A stretch of DNA of 64,000 bases, taken from positions 27,526 to 91,525 of the forward strand of contig CBFICP010000003.1 of NCBI GenBank assembly GCA_965661195.1. The letters are read 5' to 3'. The DNA comes from Henriciella sp. GTDB lineage: Bacteria; Pseudomonadota; Alphaproteobacteria; Caulobacterales; Hyphomonadaceae. Position numbers and translations under genes: made by a program. A model generated the notes under the pieces. It ran no database searches and was not told the origin of the DNA. It was given only the letters and a program-made list of their open reading frames with translations. Shown piece after piece: positions 47,323 through 56,159 of the stretch; position 1 is the first letter of the stretch; each line of letters starts with the position of its first letter.

Positions 47323-49107
47323 ATGTCAGTTTTCAGGAAACTCGGTAGTTATTCGAGGTTCGTCGGCAAATTGAACGGCATTCTGAAGCTCATCAAGGGT
47401 TTGGATAGTGAGTCGACAATTCTGATCCCTGACGAAATTGAAAATACAGTTGATCGTTTTCCGGATAAAACGGCATTTATTTTCGAAGGTCGTCACTTGA
47501 GTTTTGCCGCGTTTGAGCAACTAGCCAACAGAGTTGCAAATTGGGGGCTCGAGCAGGATCTGAAGCAAGGCGATGCCATCGCGCTTGTTATGGAAAACTG
47601 TCCGGAATATCCCGCGATCTGGTACGGCCTTTCAAAAATTGGTGTGCAGGCGGCATTGGTGAATTCGAATCTCGAAGGCTCTGGCCTTATTCACTGCATC
47701 AATATCGTTTCGTCGAAGGCGGTTATAAGTCATGGCCAGCAGGCTGAGCGCGTCGCTGCAATCCTGTCAGATCTCGACGGTGCTCCCTCGCTCTGGGATT
47801 GTGACGCCATGCATGGTGAAAGTTTCAAATCTGTTCTCGAATCCGGCAATGCTGACCGTCCGGACCCTTCTCACCGTACAGGACAGATTGGTTCGTCAAA
47901 CTGTGTTTTCATCTATACGTCCGGCACGACTGGCCTGCCAAAGGCAGCCAAGGTTACACACAGCCGGCTACGTCGCACGATCCGGATGTCAACCGGTCTC
48001 GTAGGGGCGACACAAGATGATATCGTCTATAATGTGCTTCCTTTATATCATATTACCGGCGGTGGTCTCGGGCTTGGTGCCACGCTCTTTACGGGCGCGA
48101 CGTCGGTAATACGCCGCCGATTTTCGGCATCCGAATTCTGGGATGATGTTGTCGAGCATAAAGCGACAATGTTCTGCTATATCGGGGAATTGTGCCGGTA
48201 TCTGGTTAATTCCGATACGCATCCAAAAGAACGAAGCCATGCGCTCAAGACAGGTTTCGGCAACGGGCTGAGGGGGGATGTCTGGTCAGAGTTTGTTGAT
48301 CGCTTCAACGTTCCGAAGATGTGTGAGCTGTATGGCTCGACTGAAGGTAATGTTTCATTCCTGAACTTTGATGGAAAAGTCGGGGCGGTTGGTCAGGCGC
48401 CGCGTTTTCTCGACTCTCTTCTAGGTGCAGCCTTTGTGAAATTTGACTTCGAGACTGAGATGCCGGTCCGCGATAAGAACGGATTTTGTATTAAATGCGG
48501 TGTTGACGAAGTTGGAGAGGTTATCGGCCGTATTGTCGATAATGGCCGCGAGTCGTTCGAGGGCTATCAGGATGAGGCCGCAACGGAAAAGAAAATCCTG
48601 AGAGATGTTTTCAAGTCTGGTGATGAATGGTTCCGGACCGGGGATTTGCTCCGGCGCGATGCGCTTGGCTATATCTACTTCGTCGATAGGGTAGGCGACA
48701 CGTTTCGCTGGAAGGGTGAGAATGTTGCGACCAATGAAGTGGCCGATGCGATGTCTAAAATCCCGGGGATTGCAATGGCGAATGTTTATGGTGTTGAGGT
48801 GCCGGGGTCGGACGGACGGGCGGGGATGGCGTCGGTTACAGAAACCGAGGCAATCGACTTTAAGGCGCTTGGCGAAAGTTTGCGTGCGGTTCTGCCTGCC
48901 TATGCGGTCCCGTTATTCGTAAAAGTCCAATCGGAAGTGGATACGACCGGAACCTTCAAGTTCCGTAAGGTCGAGGCGGTTAAACAAGGCTTCCAGCTCG
49001 GCGTTAGCGATGATCCGATATGGTTTCTTAGCCCGGAAACCAAAGTCTACGAGCCTTTGACTCAGCAAGACTATGACCGGATTATCAATCGGGATTATCG
49101 ATTCTGA
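47323..49107 (+). CDS. Long/very-long-chain acyl-CoA synthetase (FATP-like)
   Basis: Motifs IYTSGTTGLPKAAKVTHSR and GDLLRRDALGYIYFVDRVGDTFRWKGENV (FATP/VLACS signature-like). 594 aa. Confidence 0.86.
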   Translation: MSVFRKLGSYSRFVGKLNGILKLIKGLDSESTILIPDEIENTVDRFPDKTAFIFEGRHLSFAAFEQLANRVANWGLEQDLKQGDAIALVMENCPEYPAIWYGLSKIGVQAALVNSNLEGSGLIHCINIVSSKAVISHGQQAERVAAILSDLDGAPSLWDCDAMHGESFKSVLESGNADRPDPSHRTGQIGSSNCVFIYTSGTTGLPKAAKVTHSRLRRTIRMSTGLVGATQDDIVYNVLPLYHITGGGLGLGATLFTGATSVIRRRFSASEFWDDVVEHKATMFCYIGELCRYLVNSDTHPKERSHALKTGFGNGLRGDVWSEFVDRFNVPKMCELYGSTEGNVSFLNFDGKVGAVGQAPRFLDSLLGAAFVKFDFETEMPVRDKNGFCIKCGVDEVGEVIGRIVDNGRESFEGYQDEAATEKKILRDVFKSGDEWFRTGDLLRRDALGYIYFVDRVGDTFRWKGENVATNEVADAMSKIPGIAMANVYGVEVPGSDGRAGMASVTETEAIDFKALGESLRAVLPAYAVPLFVKVQSEVDTTGTFKFRKVEAVKQGFQLGVSDDPIWFLSPETKVYEPLTQQDYDRIINRDYRF

Positions 49108-49121
49108 TTCAATACAAACGG

Positions 49122-49155
49122 GGCTCCTAATCATCTCTAGCGATGATTAGGAGCC
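49122..49155. terminator. 13-bp perfect hairpin (ggctcctaatcat-N8-atgattaggagcc) between convergent genes
   Basis: Read directly. There is no clear U-tract on either side, so terminator function is inferred from position only. Confidence 0.45.
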
Positions 49156-49196
49156 TCGCATTAGATAATGGTCCGGCCAGTGGCCAGATGGTCGTA

Positions 49197-49493
49197 TCAG
49201 GCTGGCGTTCCGCTAAAAGTCGCGCTTCCGAAGGCGCCGAGTTTGACCTGACCGGAAATGTTGTCGCCATCAAGTTGAGCGGTGAAATTTAGCGTTATCG
49301 GCATTGGTGTCGTGACGCTGACATCCCATGTCGCTGTATCGCCCGATATAGTGGCGTTTAAAATTTCGGCATTGTTGCCATCTGATTCCATTGTACCCGA
49401 TAGTGTTGTGCCGTCTTGTGCCAGCGTAAGCTTGCCTGAGCGGTCGCCCATTGGGGTTTTCATAGTTGTATTCCAGCTTCCATTAAATGCCAT
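49197..49493 (-). CDS. Hypothetical small beta-rich protein
   Basis: 98-aa T/S/G-rich ORF (…GKLTLAQDGTTLSGTMESDGN…NISGQVKLGAFGSATFSG). It overlaps the upstream ORF by 11 nt. Confidence 0.45.
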   Translation of the reverse strand: MAFNGSWNTTMKTPMGDRSGKLTLAQDGTTLSGTMESDGNNAEILNATISGDTATWDVSVTTPMPITLNFTAQLDGDNISGQVKLGAFGSATFSGTPA

Positions 49494-49854
49494 TTCTTTC
49501 TCCTGTAATGGTTGATTGTTGGGATTTTAACTCTGCTAGACACAGGCCCGCACGCTCGGTGCTTTCTCGGGCGGTCTGGCGTGAAATCGTTCCGCCGATA
49601 ACTTTCGGGCGCAATAAGGGGCGTACTTTTGCCCGCAGCAGTTCTGTTATATTAGTATCGCTTTGAATGTCCGGAGCGACATGATCAAAGACTTGTCTGC
49701 CGGTCTCATCAAGGTTCGCCCGGCAGCTCCGTACCGCCGCGCTGTAGTCGCTTGCAATAAATCGGTGCAATGATGACGCTGTTGCCGAGCTCGTTGCCGT
49801 TATTAAAAGCGCCGTGCCTGCTGCTACGGTATAAGTCTTTATATTTTTTAACAC
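49483..49854 (-). CDS. Hypothetical protein with N-terminal signal-like segment
   Basis: 123-aa ORF with TYTVAAGTALLITATSSATA near its start. No family was recognised. Confidence 0.4.
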   Translation of the reverse strand: MLKNIKTYTVAAGTALLITATSSATASSLHRFIASDYSAAVRSCRANLDETGRQVFDHVAPDIQSDTNITELLRAKVRPLLRPKVIGGTISRQTARESTERAGLCLAELKSQQSTITGERNGI

Positions 49855-49925
49855 TGCAGATCTCCCTTACGATCGGTCCCCGTGCCCTTGCCAGTTGTCC
49901 CAGCCTAGCGACGGTTTCGATCTGG

Positions 49926-50384
49926 TTAGGCCGTCACAAACATATTGAGCCATTCGGCGACCAGAGCGGGCTTGTCTTCGCCCTCGATTTCGACGGATAG
50001 TCCCATTTTGACAAGATAACGATTGCCCGGTCTCTCTTCGATATCGAGGATTTCGTTATGCAGCCGGATTCGTTTGCCAGCCCGGACCGGTGTTAAAAAA
50101 CGGACCTTATCAAACCCGTAATTCATGCCCATAATCATACCTTCAGGGACAATCAGACTATCTGCGGATAGTTTTGCCAGCATGGACAGGGTCAGAAAGC
50201 CGTGCGCGATCGTACCGCCAAATGGCGTCTGTGCCGCCATTTCCTCATTGATATGAATGAATTGATGGTCCTCGGTGCAATCAGCAAATGTATTGATCCG
50301 GTCTTGTGAAAGTTCAATCCAGTTGCTCGGCTCGAGCTGCTTTCCCTTGGCGTTCAGAAAATCTTGTTTTGCTATCGCTTGCAT
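49926..50384 (-). CDS. MaoC family dehydratase
   Basis: 152-aa hot-dog protein with CTEDHQFIHINEEMA. It is a paralogue of the gene at 13963..14418. Confidence 0.85.
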   Translation of the reverse strand: MQAIAKQDFLNAKGKQLEPSNWIELSQDRINTFADCTEDHQFIHINEEMAAQTPFGGTIAHGFLTLSMLAKLSADSLIVPEGMIMGMNYGFDKVRFLTPVRAGKRIRLHNEILDIEERPGNRYLVKMGLSVEIEGEDKPALVAEWLNMFVTA

Positions 50385-50759
50385 TGAAATTTGTCCTTAT
50401 CTGAAGTTGCTTCTATATTATGGCACTCATCGTGTCATCTATTAAATTATTCCGGGTGCGGCGTTCGGGCAGGGCTCTGATCATCCGGTCTGATAGGCTA
50501 AGTCCCTTATCTAGTTCCTGCCGGCCGCTATTGAGTTATGCCAGAACTTGGCTTTCCTGGTCCGCGGGGAATCGTTTTTGAGACGTTTGCAGTTTAAGAC
50601 GATATTACCGACCTGGTTAATGACAGTCGTTAAGGATGTGCAGGCATCCTAGTCGTCGGCTGCCAAGCATGAATTTGGCCGGAGTCTGTGTCGCTGATGC
50701 GCCACAGTGCTCTGATTGCTTTAAAAAGCTATGCATGCCAGCCAGTGGCTTAGGACGAA

Positions 50760-51377
50760 CTATGCGGCGCGACGGCTGGAAAATATTGTGATGAGCTTTA
50801 GTCCGGCCAGAGCAAGTATTATCAGTAGCATGGCAACAATGAGCCTGACCTGCACGAATGTTACGAGCGGCCGGGTTACAAAGACTTCGGTGTGCTCGAG
50901 TGCGATGAACTTGTCCTTCTGGCCTTCTACCATGCGCTCTTCCAGCACCATATTCATTAAATCCCGAAGAGAACGGTATCGAACAATGGCGACCCGGTCG
51001 ATCTCGTTGCCATAGGCGCCAAGCATCAGGCCGGTGCGTTCGGACACCAGGATCGGATGGCCGCCATGCTTAAACAACAGGGGTATCACAGTTTCTGAAT
51101 AGGCGCGGTCAGCGCGTTCGGCATCTGGTCCTGTTTTGAGCGTTTCCAGATTGATCGCATAGAATTCTTTGCCGTCGTCTCGGGATATCAAGTCCGCAAC
51201 ATTGCTGCCAAAATCATAATTTTGTTCGGCCGGACTGCCATAGGATTGCTCATAGCGGTCCAGCAATCGCGCGCCTTCTTCGGCTGTTATCGGCGTCCCA
51301 TTACCGCCATACCAGACTGAAAAGCTAAGAAAGCCTAATACTAACAGGCTGATCCATCCAATTTTGAGTTTCAGCAT
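50760..51377 (-). CDS. Membrane-anchored DUF1330-like protein
   Basis: N-terminal TM (IGWISLLVLGFLSFSVW) and C-terminal TM (LIVAMLLIILALAGLKLITIF) flank a core resembling DUF1330 (FYAINLETL...LLFKHGGHPIL...DRVAIVRYRSLRDLMNM). Confidence 0.5.
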   Translation of the reverse strand: MLKLKIGWISLLVLGFLSFSVWYGGNGTPITAEEGARLLDRYEQSYGSPAEQNYDFGSNVADLISRDDGKEFYAINLETLKTGPDAERADRAYSETVIPLLFKHGGHPILVSERTGLMLGAYGNEIDRVAIVRYRSLRDLMNMVLEERMVEGQKDKFIALEHTEVFVTRPLVTFVQVRLIVAMLLIILALAGLKLITIFSSRRAA

Positions 51378-51447
51378 TTTATAATATCCCTTTAAAGGTA
51401 GCGGTTGTCTCCGCGTGCAATGTTTTGGAGTGACGTCATAATATGAC

Positions 51448-53703
51448 CTATTTTTCGGTCATTACCCAGACCCCGTCCCAGTCGGAGCCCGGGGGTGAAG
51501 ATTTCAGAATATGACATCTCTCCAGATAGGTTTTTGACAGGCCGTCGTCCGGATTGAGTTCGAGGCATTTTTCAAAGCGTCCGATCGCGCTTTGCCAGTC
51601 CATGCTCCGATAGGCTTCGATGCCGGCGGTAAAATAGTTCACGACGTCGATCAGGTTTGGAAAGCTTTCTGCCGAATGATAATCGAGCATTTCATAGATT
51701 TTAACTGGCTCGGTTTTGCCTTTTACGATGACCAGATCGACGTCTCGGATTTTGTAGGTTCCGCGAAGTTTCGACACCGTCGACTCACTAACGAGAATGC
51801 GGGCTGAATAGGCCTTACAGGCGCTTTCAAGCCGCGCAGCTAAATTTACACCGTCGCCAATGACAGTGTAGTCCATTCGTTTTGGTGAACCGATATTGCC
51901 GGAAACAACTGTGCCAGTATTCAGGCCAACGCCCATGTCGACGGTTTTGAGGCCGTTGGCTTGACGGATCTGGTTCCACTCCCAGAGGTTTTTGATCATT
52001 CCAATAGCGGCGCGGGCGGCGCGATCTGGGTCGTCATCATTCGCGATTGGTAGGCCGAAACACGCCATGATGGCATCGCCGATAAATTTATCCAGCATGC
52101 CGCCTTCATGCGAAATGCTGTCGACCATCATGGTGAAGTATTCATTGAGGAATTTAACCGTGCCCTGGGCGCCGTATTCTTCGGTAATCGTCGTGAAGCC
52201 GCGGACATCGGTAAACATCACCGTGGCTTCGACACTGACCCCGCCGAGTAGCTCTAGCGCGTCACCATCGAGCATCTGGGCTGCGATTGTCGGATCCATA
52301 TATCGCGACATAGTCGATTTCATGCGCTTTTCGCTGCTGATGTCCTCGACCATCAGCATTGATCCGAGCTCTTTGTCGCCATCAGATGCGACCAGTGGCA
52401 TAATCGTCAGATTGACGGATTTTGTGACACCGGACAGCGTCAGATTGGTATCACTCGTGTGATCATTTAGCTGGTTTTCTTTAACGTTTTCAATGCAATC
52501 GGCGACCCAGAGACTATCGTCGCCAAGCAGGTCTTTAAAAGCCGTTCCGAGCAAATCTTGTTCGCGGGCATCCCAGATCCGGGCACCGGCGGCATTGCAG
52601 GTCACAATCGTGCCACCGGGGTTGAGCGTGATCACGCCATTGGACATGCTTTCCAGAATGCTCTCATTGTAATTCTTCATGCGCTGAACATCGTCGAACA
52701 GCTTGGAGTTTTCGAGGGCGATCGCAATTTGCGCCGTAAAGGCTTTCAGTCGTTGCTCGTCCTCTTCATTAAAGGCCATGCCTTTTTTGTTCAGAACTTG
52801 CGTCACGCCGATAACTTTGCCGTCCTTGTTTATGATCGGAACGCATAAAATTGATCGTGTGAAGAAGCCGGTTTGACGGTCGAATGCCGGATTAAACCGA
52901 AGGTCAGCATAAGCATGCGGAATGTTCATTGTTTCGGCTGACGTGAATACGGCGCCGGCAATGCCGACATGCGACGGAAACCTGATTTCGGTTATCTCCG
53001 GCCCGGCCGCGACTCTGGAAAACAGCGTGTTTGTTGGCTGGTCGTACAGGAAGATTGTCGCGCGTTCGGCATTGAGCATCTGGGTTGTTTCGGCAACGAC
53101 GCGCTGTAGCAATAAGGAGAGATCGACTTCGGCATTGATATCGGAAACCACTTCAAGAAATGACATTTCCTTGGTCTGGATGCGCTTTATCCGCTCATTG
53201 TCTTCTTTGTTGCGTAACGAGATCGATGCCTGTTGGGCCATTGCGCCGAGCAGGTCGAGGTCGCGATCAGTGAAAGTTGCGTCGATTTTGTTTAAACTCT
53301 GCATGACCCCGATGGTTTCGCCCGCCATGGTTTTCACCGGCACACAAATGATCCCTCGTGTCTTGTATCCGGTATATTCGTCAACGCTGCGATTGAAGCG
53401 TTCATCCTCGTAGGGATTGTCAATTCGAAGGGCTTGGCCGGTTTGATAAACATGGCCGGCTATACCTGAATCATTCATGATCCTGATTTCCCGCATCAGA
53501 TCGCCCTGTGCCACCCGGGAATAAAGTTCGCCAGTGCTAGCGTCATTCAGGAATAATGATCCGCGTTCGCAGTTCAGAACGCGAGAGGTGATGGCGATAA
53601 GCTCTTTAAGGACTTCGTCGAGACTGTCTTTGAGGGCACATTGTCGTGACACTTCCAGAAGGATATTCGCCTTTGCAAGATCCAGTTCTGTAGTCGTCGT
53701 CAT
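51448..53703 (-). CDS. GAF-GAF-PAS class III adenylate cyclase (CyaB1-like) with C-terminal TPR-like segment
   Basis: Two GAF domains; the second has NKKGMAFNEEDE (an NKFDE-type motif). A PAS region (ILESMSNGVITLNPGGTIVTCN) follows. The cyclase domain has metal Asp residues (FTDVRGFT, IGDAIMA), Lys in DKFIGD, Thr in YTVIGDGVN and VNLAARLES. The likely start is ATG 53703; the track extension to 53904 overlaps the upstream gene. Confidence 0.86.
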   Translation of the reverse strand: MTTTTELDLAKANILLEVSRQCALKDSLDEVLKELIAITSRVLNCERGSLFLNDASTGELYSRVAQGDLMREIRIMNDSGIAGHVYQTGQALRIDNPYEDERFNRSVDEYTGYKTRGIICVPVKTMAGETIGVMQSLNKIDATFTDRDLDLLGAMAQQASISLRNKEDNERIKRIQTKEMSFLEVVSDINAEVDLSLLLQRVVAETTQMLNAERATIFLYDQPTNTLFSRVAAGPEITEIRFPSHVGIAGAVFTSAETMNIPHAYADLRFNPAFDRQTGFFTRSILCVPIINKDGKVIGVTQVLNKKGMAFNEEDEQRLKAFTAQIAIALENSKLFDDVQRMKNYNESILESMSNGVITLNPGGTIVTCNAAGARIWDAREQDLLGTAFKDLLGDDSLWVADCIENVKENQLNDHTSDTNLTLSGVTKSVNLTIMPLVASDGDKELGSMLMVEDISSEKRMKSTMSRYMDPTIAAQMLDGDALELLGGVSVEATVMFTDVRGFTTITEEYGAQGTVKFLNEYFTMMVDSISHEGGMLDKFIGDAIMACFGLPIANDDDPDRAARAAIGMIKNLWEWNQIRQANGLKTVDMGVGLNTGTVVSGNIGSPKRMDYTVIGDGVNLAARLESACKAYSARILVSESTVSKLRGTYKIRDVDLVIVKGKTEPVKIYEMLDYHSAESFPNLIDVVNYFTAGIEAYRSMDWQSAIGRFEKCLELNPDDGLSKTYLERCHILKSSPPGSDWDGVWVMTEK

Positions 53704-53710
53704 TTGGCGT

Positions 53711-54106
53711 TCAGTCACTGGCTTTTCCTCTATTGCCGTCCTGCGCGGATGTGGAGGCTTCGGCTGCCGTCTCGAGCGCAACGCGCAATGATTTGATCGT
53801 TGCTTCGAGTTGTTTGAGCTCGTTTGATTTCGCGGCTTCGCGTTTTTGTGCCAAGGCATTGGCGTCGGCTGCTTGGTTTTCCATTTCGACGCGCATTCGG
53901 ACAATCGCTGATTTCAGTTCATTGTTCTCGATCGCTGCTTCCGCCCGTGCCGCCTGAACGCGTGCGACCGCGTCAGCTTCTTTTTTCTCGAGTTCTTCCC
54001 GCAATGACGTAATCGTGTCGTGCAGCTGCAGGGTGACGGCCCGTAGCTCGGAGATATCCTCTATGGGGGGGTGGTCGCCGGCGTGATGCTGCGGTGTCTT
54101 TGTCAT
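53711..54106 (-). CDS. Small coiled-coil protein, function unknown
   Basis: Heptad-like E/A/K/R-rich sequence (ELRAVTLQLHDTITSLREELEKKEADAVARVQAARAEAAIENNELKSAIVRMRVEME...). The stop lies 7 nt before the cyclase ATG. The track start is TTG 54136. Confidence 0.5.
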   Translation of the reverse strand: MTKTPQHHAGDHPPIEDISELRAVTLQLHDTITSLREELEKKEADAVARVQAARAEAAIENNELKSAIVRMRVEMENQAADANALAQKREAAKSNELKQLEATIKSLRVALETAAEASTSAQDGNRGKASD

Positions 54107-54279
54107 TGTTTCCGTCTCGATTGCGGGAGCCAGCAAAGGGCTCGATTTAAACCTCTATTGTTGTGGCAGTTGAGACTGTCTGCGCCGCATAACCACCCTG
54201 TTTTTTGCGATGATGATCGAGTTATCCGATGCCGAAATAATTATTTTGCAGGGCTTTGTCGGCATATTGTAGAAAATGA

Positions 54280-54305
54280 GGTCGCCGGTACGAATGCACC
54301 GGCGA
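54280..54305 (-). terminator. Hairpin after gdhA (gtcgccggt-N8-accggcgac) with a T-rich tail on the minus strand
   Basis: 9-bp perfect stem starting 9 nt after the gdhA stop. Confidence 0.55.
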
Positions 54306-54313
54306 CCACGCCT

Positions 54314-55669
54314 TTACATTACGCCATAAGCGAGCATTGCGTCGGCGACTTTCTTGAAGCCGGCAATATTTGCGCCTTTGACATAGTCGACATATCCGCC
54401 TTCACGGTTGCCATATTCAACACATTGCTCGTGAATGCCTAGCATAATGTCTGTCAGTGACTGGCCCAGCCGTTCGTCAGACCATGCCAGCCGTTCCGAA
54501 TTCTGGCTCATTTCAAGCCCGGAGACGGCTACACCGCCTGCATTGGCGGCCTTGCCCGGAGCGTACATGATTTTCGCATCGTGAAACACTTTAACGCCCT
54601 CCAGCGTAGTTGGCATATTGGCCCCTTCGGCGACCGCACTAATGCCGTTTTTAACCAGCATACGAGCATCGTCGCCATTGAGCTCGTTTTGTGTCGCGCA
54701 TGGCAGTGCAAAATCTGCTGAAACTTCCCAAGGCCGCTTTCCTGCATGGAAGGAAGCACCGCTAAACTCTTCAACATATTCATTGATGCGTCCGCGCTTA
54801 ACTGTTTTCAGGTGTTTCACCCAGTCAATTTTTTCCTGGCTGATGCCGTCCGGATCGTGAATATAGCCGCTAGAATCCGAGAAAGTCAGAACCTTTCCAC
54901 CGAGCTGAACGATTTTTTCAGCCGCATGTGTCGCAACATTGCCAGAGCCGGAAATAATCGCGGTCTTTCCTTCCATACTCAGACCTTTGTGCGTAAGCAT
55001 ATTGTTCAAGAAGTAAACTGCACCATAACCGGTCGCCTCCGGACGCATTTTGGAACCGCCATACTCCATGCCTTTACCGGTCAGGACGCCTTCCCAGCGA
55101 TTGGTGATGCGCTTGTATTGTCCGAACATATAGCCGATTTCACGGCCGCCGACGCCAATGTCACCGGCTGGAACATCTGTATCTGGGCCAATATGGCGGT
55201 AGAGTTCGGTCATGAATGACTGACAAAAACGCTGAACTTCCGCGTCGGATTTGCCGCGAGGGTTAAAGTTCGAGCCGCCTTTGCCGCCGCCCATTGGCAG
55301 CCCGGTCAGTGAGTTTTTGAAAGTCTGCTCAAACGCCAGGAATTTCAACACTGACTCGGTCACAGAAGGGTGAAAACGGATGCCGCCTTTATAAGGTCCG
55401 ATGGCATTATTATTCTGAACCCGCCAGCCACGTTGCACCCGGATATTGTGATTATCGTCTTCCCAGCAAACACGGAATGATACAACTCGGTCGGGCTCTG
55501 CTATCCGCCGCAAGATTTGTGCGGCGTGGTACTGCTCTTTGTCATCTATGAATTCATAGATGTCCTGCGCCACTTCTCTTACCGCTTGAATGAACTCGGT
55601 TTGTCCGGGGTTTCGTTTTTCAACGCCCGCCATAAATGTTTCTAAATCTACGTGATCGGATACTGCCAT
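54314..55669 (-). CDS. gdhA: NADP-specific glutamate dehydrogenase
   Basis: Motifs KGGIRFHPSV and GGGKGGSNFNPRGKSD (active-site Lys region), plus the dinucleotide-binding GSGNVATHAAEK. 451 aa. Confidence 0.95.
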   Translation of the reverse strand: MAVSDHVDLETFMAGVEKRNPGQTEFIQAVREVAQDIYEFIDDKEQYHAAQILRRIAEPDRVVSFRVCWEDDNHNIRVQRGWRVQNNNAIGPYKGGIRFHPSVTESVLKFLAFEQTFKNSLTGLPMGGGKGGSNFNPRGKSDAEVQRFCQSFMTELYRHIGPDTDVPAGDIGVGGREIGYMFGQYKRITNRWEGVLTGKGMEYGGSKMRPEATGYGAVYFLNNMLTHKGLSMEGKTAIISGSGNVATHAAEKIVQLGGKVLTFSDSSGYIHDPDGISQEKIDWVKHLKTVKRGRINEYVEEFSGASFHAGKRPWEVSADFALPCATQNELNGDDARMLVKNGISAVAEGANMPTTLEGVKVFHDAKIMYAPGKAANAGGVAVSGLEMSQNSERLAWSDERLGQSLTDIMLGIHEQCVEYGNREGGYVDYVKGANIAGFKKVADAMLAYGVM

Positions 55670-56159
55670 AGGTATGCCCCCTGTTAAGTTTGTCCTTGGA
55701 AAATAGCCGCTCGGCGCCGTCCCCGACTGTTAATGTCCACGCTCCGGATCGATCTGATCGAACTAATCTCCTCCACTTTTTCTAAACATATATAAGTCTT
55801 TGAACAGCCTAAAATAGTTCACTATTGCTGGCGGCGCCTTGTCTTGTCTCTCGAATTACCGGTTTCAGCATCGCGTTGGTGCACCGGTTTAGCCAGATTT
55901 TTGCGCTTGGTCGTTCGCAAGCTATTGCCTGTCTTGGGCGGCTTTTTATCACGAGCCGGATAACCCAACGTCAGTCCGGTTTGTCTCGGCAGGATTTGCG
56001 AGTGCGGGGTGAAGTCGCCGGTTGGTTTTATCTGTGCTAATAGTGTTGCTGGAGCCCGTCTTATCACAGCTCGGGCAATCACTCGATCCGATTTTGCAAA
56101 ATAGTATTACGCTTACGGAGCGGCAATCTGGTATCCCGGTTCTAAAAAGGGAGGTCAGA

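Noticed and set aside
37324-49200. A tRNA-Asp-flanked genomic island.
   Set aside because: No integrase, transposase or phage gene is present, and by eye I found no direct repeat of the tRNA 3' end in the downstream intergenic regions. I kept only a low-interest note on the flank.
53704-53904. The track start for the cyclase, 67 codons upstream of ATG 53703. The same type of upstream extension occurs at 44137 for the DsbA-like gene, 25950 for the CoA-transferase, 19878 for the coiled-coil protein and 42804 for the unknown protein.
   Set aside because: These extensions overlap the preceding well-formed genes in another frame and are basic and low-complexity. The internal ATG sits directly after the upstream stop in each case.
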